DNA from: an uncultured Clostridia bacterium
GTDB lineage: Bacteria > Bacillota > Clostridia > Oscillospirales > Acutalibacteraceae
Length of the DNA stretch: 64,000 nt
Direction of reading: 5' to 3'
Assembly (NCBI GenBank): GCA_937920235.1
Contig: CALGUK010000049.1
Location: forward strand, 3,151-67,150
A program made the position numbers and the translations under genes. Under the pieces are notes generated by a model. That model was not told the DNA's origin. It saw only the letters and a list, made by a program, of their open reading frames with translations, and made no database searches. The stretch's first letter is position 1. The number at the start of each line of letters is the position of its first letter. Of this stretch, positions 48,124 through 57,650 are shown piece after piece.

Positions 48124-48166
48124 CGATTCAAAGAGAAATCAGATTATATATGAGGAGGAAATTATT

Positions 48167-51100
48167 ATGAAGAACAAAGTAAAAAGTCTGATAAGCATCT
48201 TACTTTCTTTGACTATTCTTATGGTTTCTGTTCCTGCTGTTTCACTTTTCTCCTTTGCGGAGGAAATCGAGGCAGGTGACGACCTGGAAGAATTTTCCGA
48301 GGATGTAACAAATCTTATCAGAGATGCCGGGTTAACAACTGATGAAAATGACTTGTATGTGTCCGCGGCTTCCGATACCGATGAAGCCGATACAAGTTAT
48401 GAGTATCAGACGGCAAGACTTATTGTTAAGTCAAAAAAGAAAATCGACAAGCTCAATGCCGTTGCCGTTGCAGACGGCTATGAGGATCTTCACATTTTGC
48501 AGTTTGCAACACCCGAGGATGCTCAGAAGGCTTGCGAATACTATCTTACATTGGATTATGTCGAATACGCTCAGCCCGACGGGATAGTTGAAGCTGCCGA
48601 TTATGAGGTAGTGAATGAAACACAGTCTATTGAAGATATCATTGCAGAGAAACCCGATCTTGAAAAGCCTGCAATTCAGGTAGGTATCAAAGCTCTTAAA
48701 GAATTTCTTGTGTCATCTGGCATTACGTTTACGAGAAAAATTGAGGTCGCCGTTGTTGATACGGGTGTGGAATCCACTCACAGTCTTCTGAAAGATCGTG
48801 TTGAACCTACAGGAAAGAATTTTTCTTCAAACGGAGCTGCAAATTCTTCTGAGGACAATAACGGTCACGGAACTCACGTTGCCGGTATTGTTGCGGTGAA
48901 CTCTCTTTCAAATGTAAAAATCAGACCGTATAAGGTTCTTGACGGTGCAGGAAGAGGAACGGATATTCAGATAGTCCTCGGCGTTGAGGCGGCAATATCC
49001 GACGGCGTTGAGGTTATAAATATGAGCCTCGGAAGAAGAGGAACAAACAGAGCCTTGCACGACTCCGTAAAAAAAGCAGTTGCAAAAAACATTGCCGTTG
49101 TTGTTTCGTCGGGTAATGATTTTGCAAATCTGGACAACATCAAATATTCACCTGCAAGCTTTCCGGAATGTATCACGGTTATCGCTCACGGTGCAAACTG
49201 CACGGGAAATACTTTTTCAAACTACGGTGCAGTATGCGATATAGCGGCACCCGGTGTGAATATTTACAGCTCTTATCTCAGAAATACATACAGAAATATG
49301 ACGGGTACATCAATGGCAGCACCTCTCGTAGCCGCCGCGGTAACTTACGTTATACTCAGCTATCCCGGTATTACTCCGGATGAAATCAGCGAAACCTTAA
49401 AAATGCATGCTATTCCCGAGGCTAATGCCTCATATTCAACCGCAATGTGTCTGTATATGGAGTTCATTACTCGCAGTGTGGATAAATTGTCTGCTCCCAT
49501 ATTCAGCATAGAGAGCAAAGAGTTTGACATTCCGTTCATGCTGACTCTTTCATCGTCCGATGAAAATGTAACGATATACTATACAAGGTCTGAATTCAGT
49601 GAAGGGTATTACGAGAAATATACAGAGCCTATTCCCATCAGAAACAGTACAACTGTCAAGGCTTATGCATATCGAAAGGGTGCAGTGATGAGTGAATTTG
49701 TTTCACATACATATTCCAAGCTGTTCCCCAACGAAGACTCCAAATACGCCATAGATGAAAACGGAACAATTATCGAATATGTAGGACAGGATACCGAACT
49801 TTTTGTTCCCGAGGTAATTCAGGGAATACAGGTAAAGGCTATCGGTGAAGAAGCATTCCGTCAGAATAAAACAGTTGAGTTTATCGTATTACCCGAATCT
49901 GTTAAGATTATCGGTGAAAAGGCCTTTGCCGAGTCCGAAAAGCTCAGACAGGTTCGTGCAACGGGTGTGGAGACGATTGACACATCGGCATTTATGCTTT
50001 GTGAATCACTTGAAAGCATTGAAGGAAATAACATTAAAAACATAGGCTCTTATGCTTTTTACGGCTGTCCAGTACTCAAATATATTGATTTCTCCAAAGC
50101 GGAAAAAATCGAAAGCTGTGCTTTTGAAAGTGCGTTGAGCATTACAAGCGTTGTTTCAGATACATTGAGTGATGTCAGCGGTACGGCATTCAGAGAGTCG
50201 GGAATAAGAATCGTGGATGTTCCGAATATGAAGAAAATTGACGTGTCAACATTTTACGGATGTGAGCTGCTTGAAAAGGTAAATGCTCCTCTTGTTACAG
50301 CAATAAACAACGACGCGTTCAACGGATGCTCGGCTCTTATTGAAATCAACGCGGAAAATCTCGAAAGCGTTGGTCGCTACAGCTTCCTGAATTGCAGTTC
50401 ACTTGAAGAAATCAATTTCCCGAAGCTTAAAGATTTCGGCGGTTTAGGACTTGAAACAAGCGATTGGGGATGCTTCAAAAACTGTGAAAGTCTTAAAAAG
50501 GTCAATTTACCGTCAGCAACCGTTCTCACGGGCTCGACATTTGACGGCTGTTCATCTCTCGAAGAAATTTCCTTGCCTAAGGCTACGGTAATACCGATAA
50601 GTCTTTTCAGAAACTGTACCGCCCTCAAAAAAGCGGATCTGCCGTCGGCTACCGAAATTTATTCACGTGCATTCGACGGTTGCACCAGTTTAAAGGAAAT
50701 CGAATTGCCGTCTGTTAAAACTGTCAGAACAAGTGCATTTTATGGCAATAATATTGAAAGACTTATTCTTCCCGTTGTTGAAACTGTTGCCGATTTGCCA
50801 TCTGGGGCTATGGTTGCAATCGGCTCCAAGGCTCGCACTATAGACAATCCGAATGCTTTCAGCAGCGGCTCGGATATAACAATTTACGGCACTGTTAATA
50901 CAAAGGCTTACGAGTGGGCAGAAACATATAAAATTCCCTTTAAAGAGATAAATCAGAATAATGCGATTCATATGAATCTCCCCCATGAGTTTGATCAGGA
51001 CAGAGAAACAGCACTTGAAGTCGGTGTTATGGGATTTAACCGTACTTATCAGTGGTACGGAAACAGTCGTGCAGACAACACGACGGGTACTGAGATTGAG

Positions 51101-51922
51101 GGCGCTGTTGATAAAACCTTTAATCCCGTAAAATATGACGAGTACCCGTACTATTATTGTGTTGTGACAAGCAAGGATAATTCATATCCTGCCGTTGAAA
51201 TACGAACCGGTGTAGCTAAGAATATACATACACATATAAAGGTGGAAATTCCACGTGTTGAACCGACTTGTGTAACGACCGGTCTCACTGCCGGAACAGA
51301 GTGTTCGCAATGCGGCAGAATTATCACACCGCAGGAAGAAATACAGACAATTCCCCATGAGTACAACGGTGTTGTAACAGCTCCGACCTGTACGGAAGAG
51401 GGTTATACCACATATACATGTAATTGCGGCAGAAACTATATCGACGATTACGTTTCCGCAAAGGGACATACGGTAAGAGAATACGGGAAAGTTCTGGAAG
51501 CCCCGAATTGTACGGAGGAGGGCAGCAAGGACAGTATTGATTATTGTGTTGCCTGTAACTGTGTCCTTGAACGAAAGGTTATAACAATGCCGGCTCTCGG
51601 ACATACTCCCGGTAAAGCAGTTGAAGAGAACCTTGTGACACCCACCTGTGAGGAAACGGGCTCAAAGGATATCGTCATCTGTTGTTCACACTGCAAGGAG
51701 GAAATCAGTCGTGAAACAGTAACTCTGGAAATGCTTGGCCACAGCGATGATGACGGTGACGGCTATTGCGACGGATGCGATAAGCTCCTCGATGTAACGG
51801 TTGAATGTGACCATAGCTGTCACAAGGGCGGTATTTCAGGATTTTTCTGGAAAATCACGCTTTTCTTCAGCAAGCTTTTCGGCACTAACAGAGTTTGCGA
51901 ATGCGGAGTGGCGCATTATTGA
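48167..51922 (+). CDS. secreted S8 subtilisin-like protease fused to BspA-type leucine-rich repeats and a Cys/His-rich C-terminal module
   Basis: Signal peptide and an I9-like propeptide. Catalytic residues D (VAVVDTGV), H (HGTHVAG) and S (GTSMAAP). One chitobiase/Fn3-associated-like domain (VTIYYTRSE...TVKAYAYRKG) and about 18 LRR_5-type repeats. Four CxxC-type mini-repeats and the terminal CHKGGISGFFWKITLFFSKLFG motif. Confidence 0.9.
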   Translation: MKNKVKSLISILLSLTILMVSVPAVSLFSFAEEIEAGDDLEEFSEDVTNLIRDAGLTTDENDLYVSAASDTDEADTSYEYQTARLIVKSKKKIDKLNAVAVADGYEDLHILQFATPEDAQKACEYYLTLDYVEYAQPDGIVEAADYEVVNETQSIEDIIAEKPDLEKPAIQVGIKALKEFLVSSGITFTRKIEVAVVDTGVESTHSLLKDRVEPTGKNFSSNGAANSSEDNNGHGTHVAGIVAVNSLSNVKIRPYKVLDGAGRGTDIQIVLGVEAAISDGVEVINMSLGRRGTNRALHDSVKKAVAKNIAVVVSSGNDFANLDNIKYSPASFPECITVIAHGANCTGNTFSNYGAVCDIAAPGVNIYSSYLRNTYRNMTGTSMAAPLVAAAVTYVILSYPGITPDEISETLKMHAIPEANASYSTAMCLYMEFITRSVDKLSAPIFSIESKEFDIPFMLTLSSSDENVTIYYTRSEFSEGYYEKYTEPIPIRNSTTVKAYAYRKGAVMSEFVSHTYSKLFPNEDSKYAIDENGTIIEYVGQDTELFVPEVIQGIQVKAIGEEAFRQNKTVEFIVLPESVKIIGEKAFAESEKLRQVRATGVETIDTSAFMLCESLESIEGNNIKNIGSYAFYGCPVLKYIDFSKAEKIESCAFESALSITSVVSDTLSDVSGTAFRESGIRIVDVPNMKKIDVSTFYGCELLEKVNAPLVTAINNDAFNGCSALIEINAENLESVGRYSFLNCSSLEEINFPKLKDFGGLGLETSDWGCFKNCESLKKVNLPSATVLTGSTFDGCSSLEEISLPKATVIPISLFRNCTALKKADLPSATEIYSRAFDGCTSLKEIELPSVKTVRTSAFYGNNIERLILPVVETVADLPSGAMVAIGSKARTIDNPNAFSSGSDITIYGTVNTKAYEWAETYKIPFKEINQNNAIHMNLPHEFDQDRETALEVGVMGFNRTYQWYGNSRADNTTGTEIEGAVDKTFNPVKYDEYPYYYCVVTSKDNSYPAVEIRTGVAKNIHTHIKVEIPRVEPTCVTTGLTAGTECSQCGRIITPQEEIQTIPHEYNGVVTAPTCTEEGYTTYTCNCGRNYIDDYVSAKGHTVREYGKVLEAPNCTEEGSKDSIDYCVACNCVLERKVITMPALGHTPGKAVEENLVTPTCEETGSKDIVICCSHCKEEISRETVTLEMLGHSDDDGDGYCDGCDKLLDVTVECDHSCHKGGISGFFWKITLFFSKLFGTNRVCECGVAHY
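51602..51922 (+). repeat. 321-nt 3'-terminal module, paralogous copy 1
   Basis: Gap-free alignment with 57291-57611. 78 of 106 residues are identical by my hand count, and 31 of the last 36. Confidence 0.85.
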
Positions 51923-51971
51923 TACTGCCGAAATAAAAAGTGCGTTATTATTAGAATTGGAGATGAGATTT

Positions 51972-54900
51972 ATGCGGAAAATTCATAAATTTTTATCAGT
52001 TATTCTGACAATTGTGATGACATTATCCGTTACTCCTGTTACTGCAAGTGCTGCAGGAGGTGCTTGCGGAGCGAATTTGAAGTGGAATTATAATACTTCT
52101 ACATATATTCTTACAATCACAGGTACGGGCGACATGGCTAATTACAGCTATACAAATCGTCCTTGGGAAACCTATGAGGATAAAATTAAAGAGGTTGTTA
52201 TTGCAGACGGGGTAACGTCAATAGGTGCATATGCATTTTACAGCTTCGGCAAGGTGACGAGCATTACAATACCTGACAGTGTTACAAAAATCGGTGCTAC
52301 GGCATTTAATGCCTGTAAAGCTCTTGTTAATATAGACCTTCCCGATGGTATTACGGAAATTCCGAACCGTGCATTCACAAATTGCACTGCTCTTGAGAAT
52401 ATTACAATCCCTTCAAATGTTAAAACGATCGGAGCTTCGGCTTTTGAAGGCTGTTCCGCTCTGACCTCGGTTACGATTCCCGACGGTGTAACAACAATTG
52501 AGGCAAAAGCGTTTGCATCCTGTAAGGGACTTACGGGAATTATGATTCCGGCGAGTGTTACATCGATAGATTGTTCGGCTTTTGAAAACTGTGTCGGCTT
52601 TTCCGGTGTGGTTATAGATGAAAAGAACCCGAACTATTCAAGCGACGCTTTCGGTGTGCTTTTCAACAAGGATAAATCAGAGCTTATTGCATATCCTACA
52701 GGAAATACATCAACAAGCTACACGGTTCCCGACAGCGTCAGAACAATAGGAGCAAGTGCTTTTAAGGGACAGATATATCTTACCGATGTTACGGTTGGGG
52801 AACATGTGATAACCATTGAGGATTACGCTTTTTACGGCTGTTCGGCGCTTAAAAATGTGTCGTTTGAGGGCGAGAAAAATGCCCTTGAGGATATCGGTCA
52901 ATATGCGTTTTCCGAATGTGACAGCCTTTCTGCCGTAACACTTCCGAAAAATGTCAGAACGATCCGTACAAATGCGTTTGCAAACAGCGACAACCTTGCA
53001 CAGATTTCACTTCCTGCAGGCTTGAAGGTGCTTGAAAGCGATGCATTTATCGGAACGGCTTTATACAGCGATGAAGAAAACTGGAAAAATGATATACTGT
53101 ATATTGATGGTTGCGTAATAACAGCGAAAACCGAGCTGTCTGATACCGTTCAGTTCGAGGACGGCACAAAACTGATTGCGGATAATGCATTTAACGGCTG
53201 TGTGGGAATTACAAGTGTAATTCTTCCTGAGGGAATAACATCAATCGGAAACAACGCTTTTTCGGGTTGCTCAGGACTGACGGATATAACAATGGCCGTA
53301 ACAATAAACTCCATCGGTGACAGCGCCTTTTCGGGATGTTCATCATTAAAGGAGGTTTACTATTCGGGAACGGCTAAACAGTGGTTTGAGATTTCTATAG
53401 GAGTTCAGAATCAGCCGTTGACATCTGCAGCCTTTCTCACGGGTCCCGGCGGAGAGGCAATTGTTGTTACCGGCGGATATATGGGAGATATCAAATGGTT
53501 CTTTGATGAAGAAAACAATGTCCTGACGCTTTCCGGCAAGGGAAAAACAGACGAGTTTATTTTCGGCGAGCGTCCCTGGGAGATATATGCAGATTTGATT
53601 CAGACAGTTGTTGTCGGAAGCGGCATAACCAATGTCGGCAAAAATGCTTTCAGAAATCTTCCCAAGCTTTCAAATGTAATTCTTCCATATGGTATGATGT
53701 CAATTGAAGAGAATGCTTTTGCAAATTGCAATTTGTTAAACGATATTCTTCTCCCAAAATCCCTGAGATATATCGGAAACAGCTCTTTTTCAAACTGCTC
53801 GTCTCTCGAGGCCATAAACCTTGAACTTATCACCGAGGTAGGTATGATGGCCTTCTCGGGATGCACCTCGCTGAAAGAAGCAAACTTCGGTCCGATTACA
53901 ACACTCGGAAATTCGGCATTTTACGGATGTACAAGCCTGACCGGTGTAACTTTCGGTAAATACCTGGGCTCAATCAAGTATTCAATGTTTGAAGGCTGTG
54001 ACAAGCTTGAGAAAATTACGGTTGACAGTGAAAACGAAACCTATATGAGTGACGAACACGGTGTGTTGTTCAGTAAGGACGGAACAGAGCTTGTTCTGTA
54101 TCCTATGGGCAATGCTGAAAAGACATATTCATTACCTGACAGCGTAATCAGAATCAAGAAGGATTCATTTGACGGAACGAAAAATCTTCTCACATTAAAT
54201 TTTAATAAGAATTTACAAAAAATCGAAGAGAGTGCCTTTGATGCGTGCAGTATTACCGAATTCTGTTATCCCGGTACAATTGAACAATGGGAAGAGAAGG
54301 TAACTGTCGGTACAAATAACAGCAATCTCAGCGGCGAGACTCTTACACTCATGCCATCTGACCTGGAGGCACTTACGGGTAAATGCGGAGATGATGTTTT
54401 CTGGACACTTAATGCATACACGGGTGATATGGTTATCTCGGGTACGGGACCGATGTATGATTATGCTTCAGACGAAGCGCGTCCTTGGGAAAGATACTTA
54501 ACTGCTATAACAAATATCGTGATCGGTGATGGTGTAACATCTGTCGGTACGGATGCATTTTCATACGGTAACAGAATTGAGAGCGTTACAATCGGTAATG
54601 ATGTGAGTGTAATCGGTGATTATGCTTTCTATGAGTGTTCGGCTCTTAAAAAGGTGACATTCGGAGAGAGCGTAACATCAATCGGAAGACATGCATTTTA
54701 TTCTTGTGCAGAGCTTAAAAGTCTCAATCTTCCGGACAGCTTAACAACTATCGGAATTTCCGCTTTCTTTCTCTGTGAGGGTGTTACGGAAATTGCAATA
54801 GGTAAGGGACTTGTCTCTTTCGCGGCAAATACGTTTGCACGGTGCACAAGCCTAGAAAAGATAACGGTTGACAGTGAAAACCCGAATTTTTCAAGCGACA

Positions 54901-57611
54901 GCTTCGGTGTATTGTTTAACAGGGAAAAAACAACTCTTATTAAATATCCTGAGGCAAATTCCTTAACTGTTTATACAATTCCCGATTCCGTAACGACAAT
55001 TGATGCAAACAGCTTCTTATGTGCGGCAAAGCTTACGGAGATTATAATTCCTGACGGAGTTACAACCATCGAAGAGAGTGCTTTCAAGGAGTGCTTCAAC
55101 CTTAAAACCGTTGAAATACCAGCATCTGTAACAACAATTAAGAACCAGGTGTTCAATAATTGCGTTATGCTTGAAAAAATCGTAATTCCGGATGGTATTA
55201 CAACAATCGGTACACAGATGTTTTACTATTGCGGTCAGCTCAAGGAAATTATTATTCCCGAAAGTGTAACATCTGTAGGCAAACAGGCATTTACATCCTG
55301 CTCATCTCTTAAGGATGTTTATTTCAAGGGAACACAGCAGCAATGGTCGGCTATATCCGTAGCAAATAACAATCAACCTCTCATTGATGCAATAAAGCAT
55401 TTTAATTACGGAGACGGTGATTTTTCGTATGTTGTTATTTCCGAAGAGGAAAAAACCGCTAAAATCATAGGCTATAATGTTTCAGGACCGTCGTTGAACG
55501 TTATAATACCGAAAACCATTGATGGCTATACAGTCATAGAGTTTGACGAAACCATATTTAAAAATCTCGATTCGCTTACAAGCGTCAAAATTCCTGACAC
55601 CGTGGTGAAAATAGGAGACGGTGCATTTTATAATTGCGGTAATCTTGCCGATATCAGTATTCCCGAAAGCATCGTATCAATAGGTGAAAATGCCTTTGCT
55701 TTCTGCGACAAGCTCACAACGGTGATGATGGGTAAAGGTGTAGAAACGATCGCGACAGGAGCATTCAACGGATGTAATGCGTTGGCAAATGTTTATTATA
55801 CGGGAACTCAGGAGCAATGGAATTCCATATCCGTTGGTCAGAACAATCAGCCGCTTTTAAATGCCACAGTACATTTTGAATACGGCGAGCTCGACTCTGT
55901 TTCGGGTACCTGGGGTGATAATATCACCTGGACACTTGATTTTTATTCCGGTGTATTAACTTTTTACGGCGACGGAAAAATGAAGCTGAATTCGGGCTCA
56001 TACAACTTCCCGTGGCACAGCTATAAGGGATCGGTAAAAGAGGTTGTTATATCTGACGGAATAACATATATCGCTCCGGGCACATTCTACTATTTTACAA
56101 ATCTTGAGACCGCTACCATTGCGGGAAGTGTCAAAACAATTGAAGGACATACATTTGAATACTGCAACCGGCTTGAAAAGGTAACGCTTTCCGACGGTCT
56201 GGAAAAAATCGGTTTATATGCATTCAGAAACTGTTCAAAACTTGAAAAAATAGTTATTCCGAACAGCGTAACCGTAATCGGAGATTCAGCTTTTGAGAAT
56301 TGCAAGGAGCTTACAAGTGTTAAACTCAGCGAAAACATTACGGAAATAGGCTCATGTGTGTTTTATGAATGTAATAAGCTTAAAGAGATAAACATTCCGG
56401 AGGGTGTAACAATAATCGGTGAAGCAGCATTTTATAGTTGTGCATCTCTGACGGAACTGACAATTCCCGAAAGTGTTACGTCAATTCAAAAGGATGCGTT
56501 TGCATATTGCAAGGGAATTGAAACCGTGACGATGGGCGCAGGAGTAAAGGAAATTCTCAGCAGTGCATTTTATTACTGCATCAGCATAAAGGATGTTTAT
56601 TATTCAGGCTCACAAGCTCAATGGAAAATGATCAGTATAGGTACAAGAAATGAAGACCTCACAGATGCGACTCTTCATTGTCTCGGAGCTGAACATCCGC
56701 ACGAATTTGCAGTTGTTGTAACAGAACCCACTTGTCTTAAACAGGGATATACAACATACATCTGCGAATGCGGATATGAGTATGTTGACGATTATGTTGA
56801 GGCATTGGGACACGATTATATTGAGGTTGTAACAAAGCCTACCTGCACAAAAGAAGGATACACAACATACACTTGTTCAAGATGTGCTGACAGTTATGTT
56901 TCCACCAAACCCATTAACCCGACGGGACATACCTTTGTGTCTGAAATCGTAACAGCTCCGACTCATCTTGCTGAGGGTGTTGAAAAGCTTGTGTGCAGTG
57001 AATGCGGTTATTCCAATACAAAACCCATTGAAAAATTACCCGAGCACACTTATGAAGCAACGGTTACGGTACCGACCTGCACCGAGCAGGGCTATACGAC
57101 ATTTACCTGTGCCTGCGGAGATACCTATGTCGGTGACTATGTTCCTATGAACGGACACACGGTTGAAAAATTCGAGAGCATAATTTCGGAACCCGGCTGT
57201 ACGGACGACGGAATCAAAGAGATTGTGTCCGTATGTACCGTTTGTAACATGGGATTGGGTACGGAAATTATCGTAACTCAGGCACACGGTCATACTGCCG
57301 CGGATGCGGTTGAAGAAAACTGTGTTGCACCTACCTGCGAATGTGCAGGCAGCAAGGATGTTGTAGTATATTGCAGTCTTTGTGACAGTGAGATAAGCCG
57401 TGAGACAGTTACTATTGAAGCAACGGGCCACGCAGATAACGACGGTGACGGATACTGCGATATGTGTAATGAACTTCTTGACCCGACGGTTGAATGTAAC
57501 CACGGCTGTCATAAGGGCGGCATATCGGGATTTTTCTGGAAAATCACACTTTTCTTCAGTAAACTTTTCGGAACAAACAAAGTATGCGATTGCGGTGCTC
57601 TGCATTATTGA
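51972..57611 (+). CDS. giant secreted BspA-type leucine-rich repeat protein with the same Cys/His-rich C-terminal module
   Basis: ATG 51972 lies 9 nt after a GGAG RBS. The ORF opens at 51801, but that part overlaps the upstream gene. Signal peptide VTPVTASA-AG, five LRR super-repeats, six Cys-rich mini-repeats and the terminal motif. Confidence 0.88.
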   Translation: MRKIHKFLSVILTIVMTLSVTPVTASAAGGACGANLKWNYNTSTYILTITGTGDMANYSYTNRPWETYEDKIKEVVIADGVTSIGAYAFYSFGKVTSITIPDSVTKIGATAFNACKALVNIDLPDGITEIPNRAFTNCTALENITIPSNVKTIGASAFEGCSALTSVTIPDGVTTIEAKAFASCKGLTGIMIPASVTSIDCSAFENCVGFSGVVIDEKNPNYSSDAFGVLFNKDKSELIAYPTGNTSTSYTVPDSVRTIGASAFKGQIYLTDVTVGEHVITIEDYAFYGCSALKNVSFEGEKNALEDIGQYAFSECDSLSAVTLPKNVRTIRTNAFANSDNLAQISLPAGLKVLESDAFIGTALYSDEENWKNDILYIDGCVITAKTELSDTVQFEDGTKLIADNAFNGCVGITSVILPEGITSIGNNAFSGCSGLTDITMAVTINSIGDSAFSGCSSLKEVYYSGTAKQWFEISIGVQNQPLTSAAFLTGPGGEAIVVTGGYMGDIKWFFDEENNVLTLSGKGKTDEFIFGERPWEIYADLIQTVVVGSGITNVGKNAFRNLPKLSNVILPYGMMSIEENAFANCNLLNDILLPKSLRYIGNSSFSNCSSLEAINLELITEVGMMAFSGCTSLKEANFGPITTLGNSAFYGCTSLTGVTFGKYLGSIKYSMFEGCDKLEKITVDSENETYMSDEHGVLFSKDGTELVLYPMGNAEKTYSLPDSVIRIKKDSFDGTKNLLTLNFNKNLQKIEESAFDACSITEFCYPGTIEQWEEKVTVGTNNSNLSGETLTLMPSDLEALTGKCGDDVFWTLNAYTGDMVISGTGPMYDYASDEARPWERYLTAITNIVIGDGVTSVGTDAFSYGNRIESVTIGNDVSVIGDYAFYECSALKKVTFGESVTSIGRHAFYSCAELKSLNLPDSLTTIGISAFFLCEGVTEIAIGKGLVSFAANTFARCTSLEKITVDSENPNFSSDSFGVLFNREKTTLIKYPEANSLTVYTIPDSVTTIDANSFLCAAKLTEIIIPDGVTTIEESAFKECFNLKTVEIPASVTTIKNQVFNNCVMLEKIVIPDGITTIGTQMFYYCGQLKEIIIPESVTSVGKQAFTSCSSLKDVYFKGTQQQWSAISVANNNQPLIDAIKHFNYGDGDFSYVVISEEEKTAKIIGYNVSGPSLNVIIPKTIDGYTVIEFDETIFKNLDSLTSVKIPDTVVKIGDGAFYNCGNLADISIPESIVSIGENAFAFCDKLTTVMMGKGVETIATGAFNGCNALANVYYTGTQEQWNSISVGQNNQPLLNATVHFEYGELDSVSGTWGDNITWTLDFYSGVLTFYGDGKMKLNSGSYNFPWHSYKGSVKEVVISDGITYIAPGTFYYFTNLETATIAGSVKTIEGHTFEYCNRLEKVTLSDGLEKIGLYAFRNCSKLEKIVIPNSVTVIGDSAFENCKELTSVKLSENITEIGSCVFYECNKLKEINIPEGVTIIGEAAFYSCASLTELTIPESVTSIQKDAFAYCKGIETVTMGAGVKEILSSAFYYCISIKDVYYSGSQAQWKMISIGTRNEDLTDATLHCLGAEHPHEFAVVVTEPTCLKQGYTTYICECGYEYVDDYVEALGHDYIEVVTKPTCTKEGYTTYTCSRCADSYVSTKPINPTGHTFVSEIVTAPTHLAEGVEKLVCSECGYSNTKPIEKLPEHTYEATVTVPTCTEQGYTTFTCACGDTYVGDYVPMNGHTVEKFESIISEPGCTDDGIKEIVSVCTVCNMGLGTEIIVTQAHGHTAADAVEENCVAPTCECAGSKDVVVYCSLCDSEISRETVTIEATGHADNDGDGYCDMCNELLDPTVECNHGCHKGGISGFFWKITLFFSKLFGTNKVCDCGALHY
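57291..57611 (+). repeat. 321-nt 3'-terminal module, paralogous copy 2
   Basis: Gap-free alignment with 51602-51922. Confidence 0.85.
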
Positions 57612-57650
57612 TAACACTAATACGGAAAATATTTTACCTTAAGATGAAAA

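Noticed and set aside
51740-51790. The DDGDGYCDGCD / NDGDGYCDMCN loops in the giant-protein tails, considered as dockerin modules.
   Set aside because: Only a single Asp-rich loop is present. It lacks the duplicated F-hand and the following helices of a dockerin (compare the true dockerin at 15070-15262). It is more likely a Ca- or Zn-binding turn that is part of the Cys-rich tail.
51801-51971. An N-terminal extension of the second LRR gene. The ORF track opens at 51801.
   Set aside because: The first 41 codons overlap the 3' end of the S8/LRR gene in another frame. The signal peptide starts only at MRKIHKFLSV..., and the ATG at 51972 has a GGAG RBS at correct spacing. The mirror-image out-of-frame ORF at 57400-57642 shows this is a by-product of the conserved tail sequence.
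52000-57300. Periodic repeats inside the LRR genes, considered as a possible CRISPR or tandem DNA repeat array.
   Set aside because: The periodicity is at the protein level (degenerate LRR units inside one long open frame). There are no identical direct repeats with unique spacers and no cas genes.
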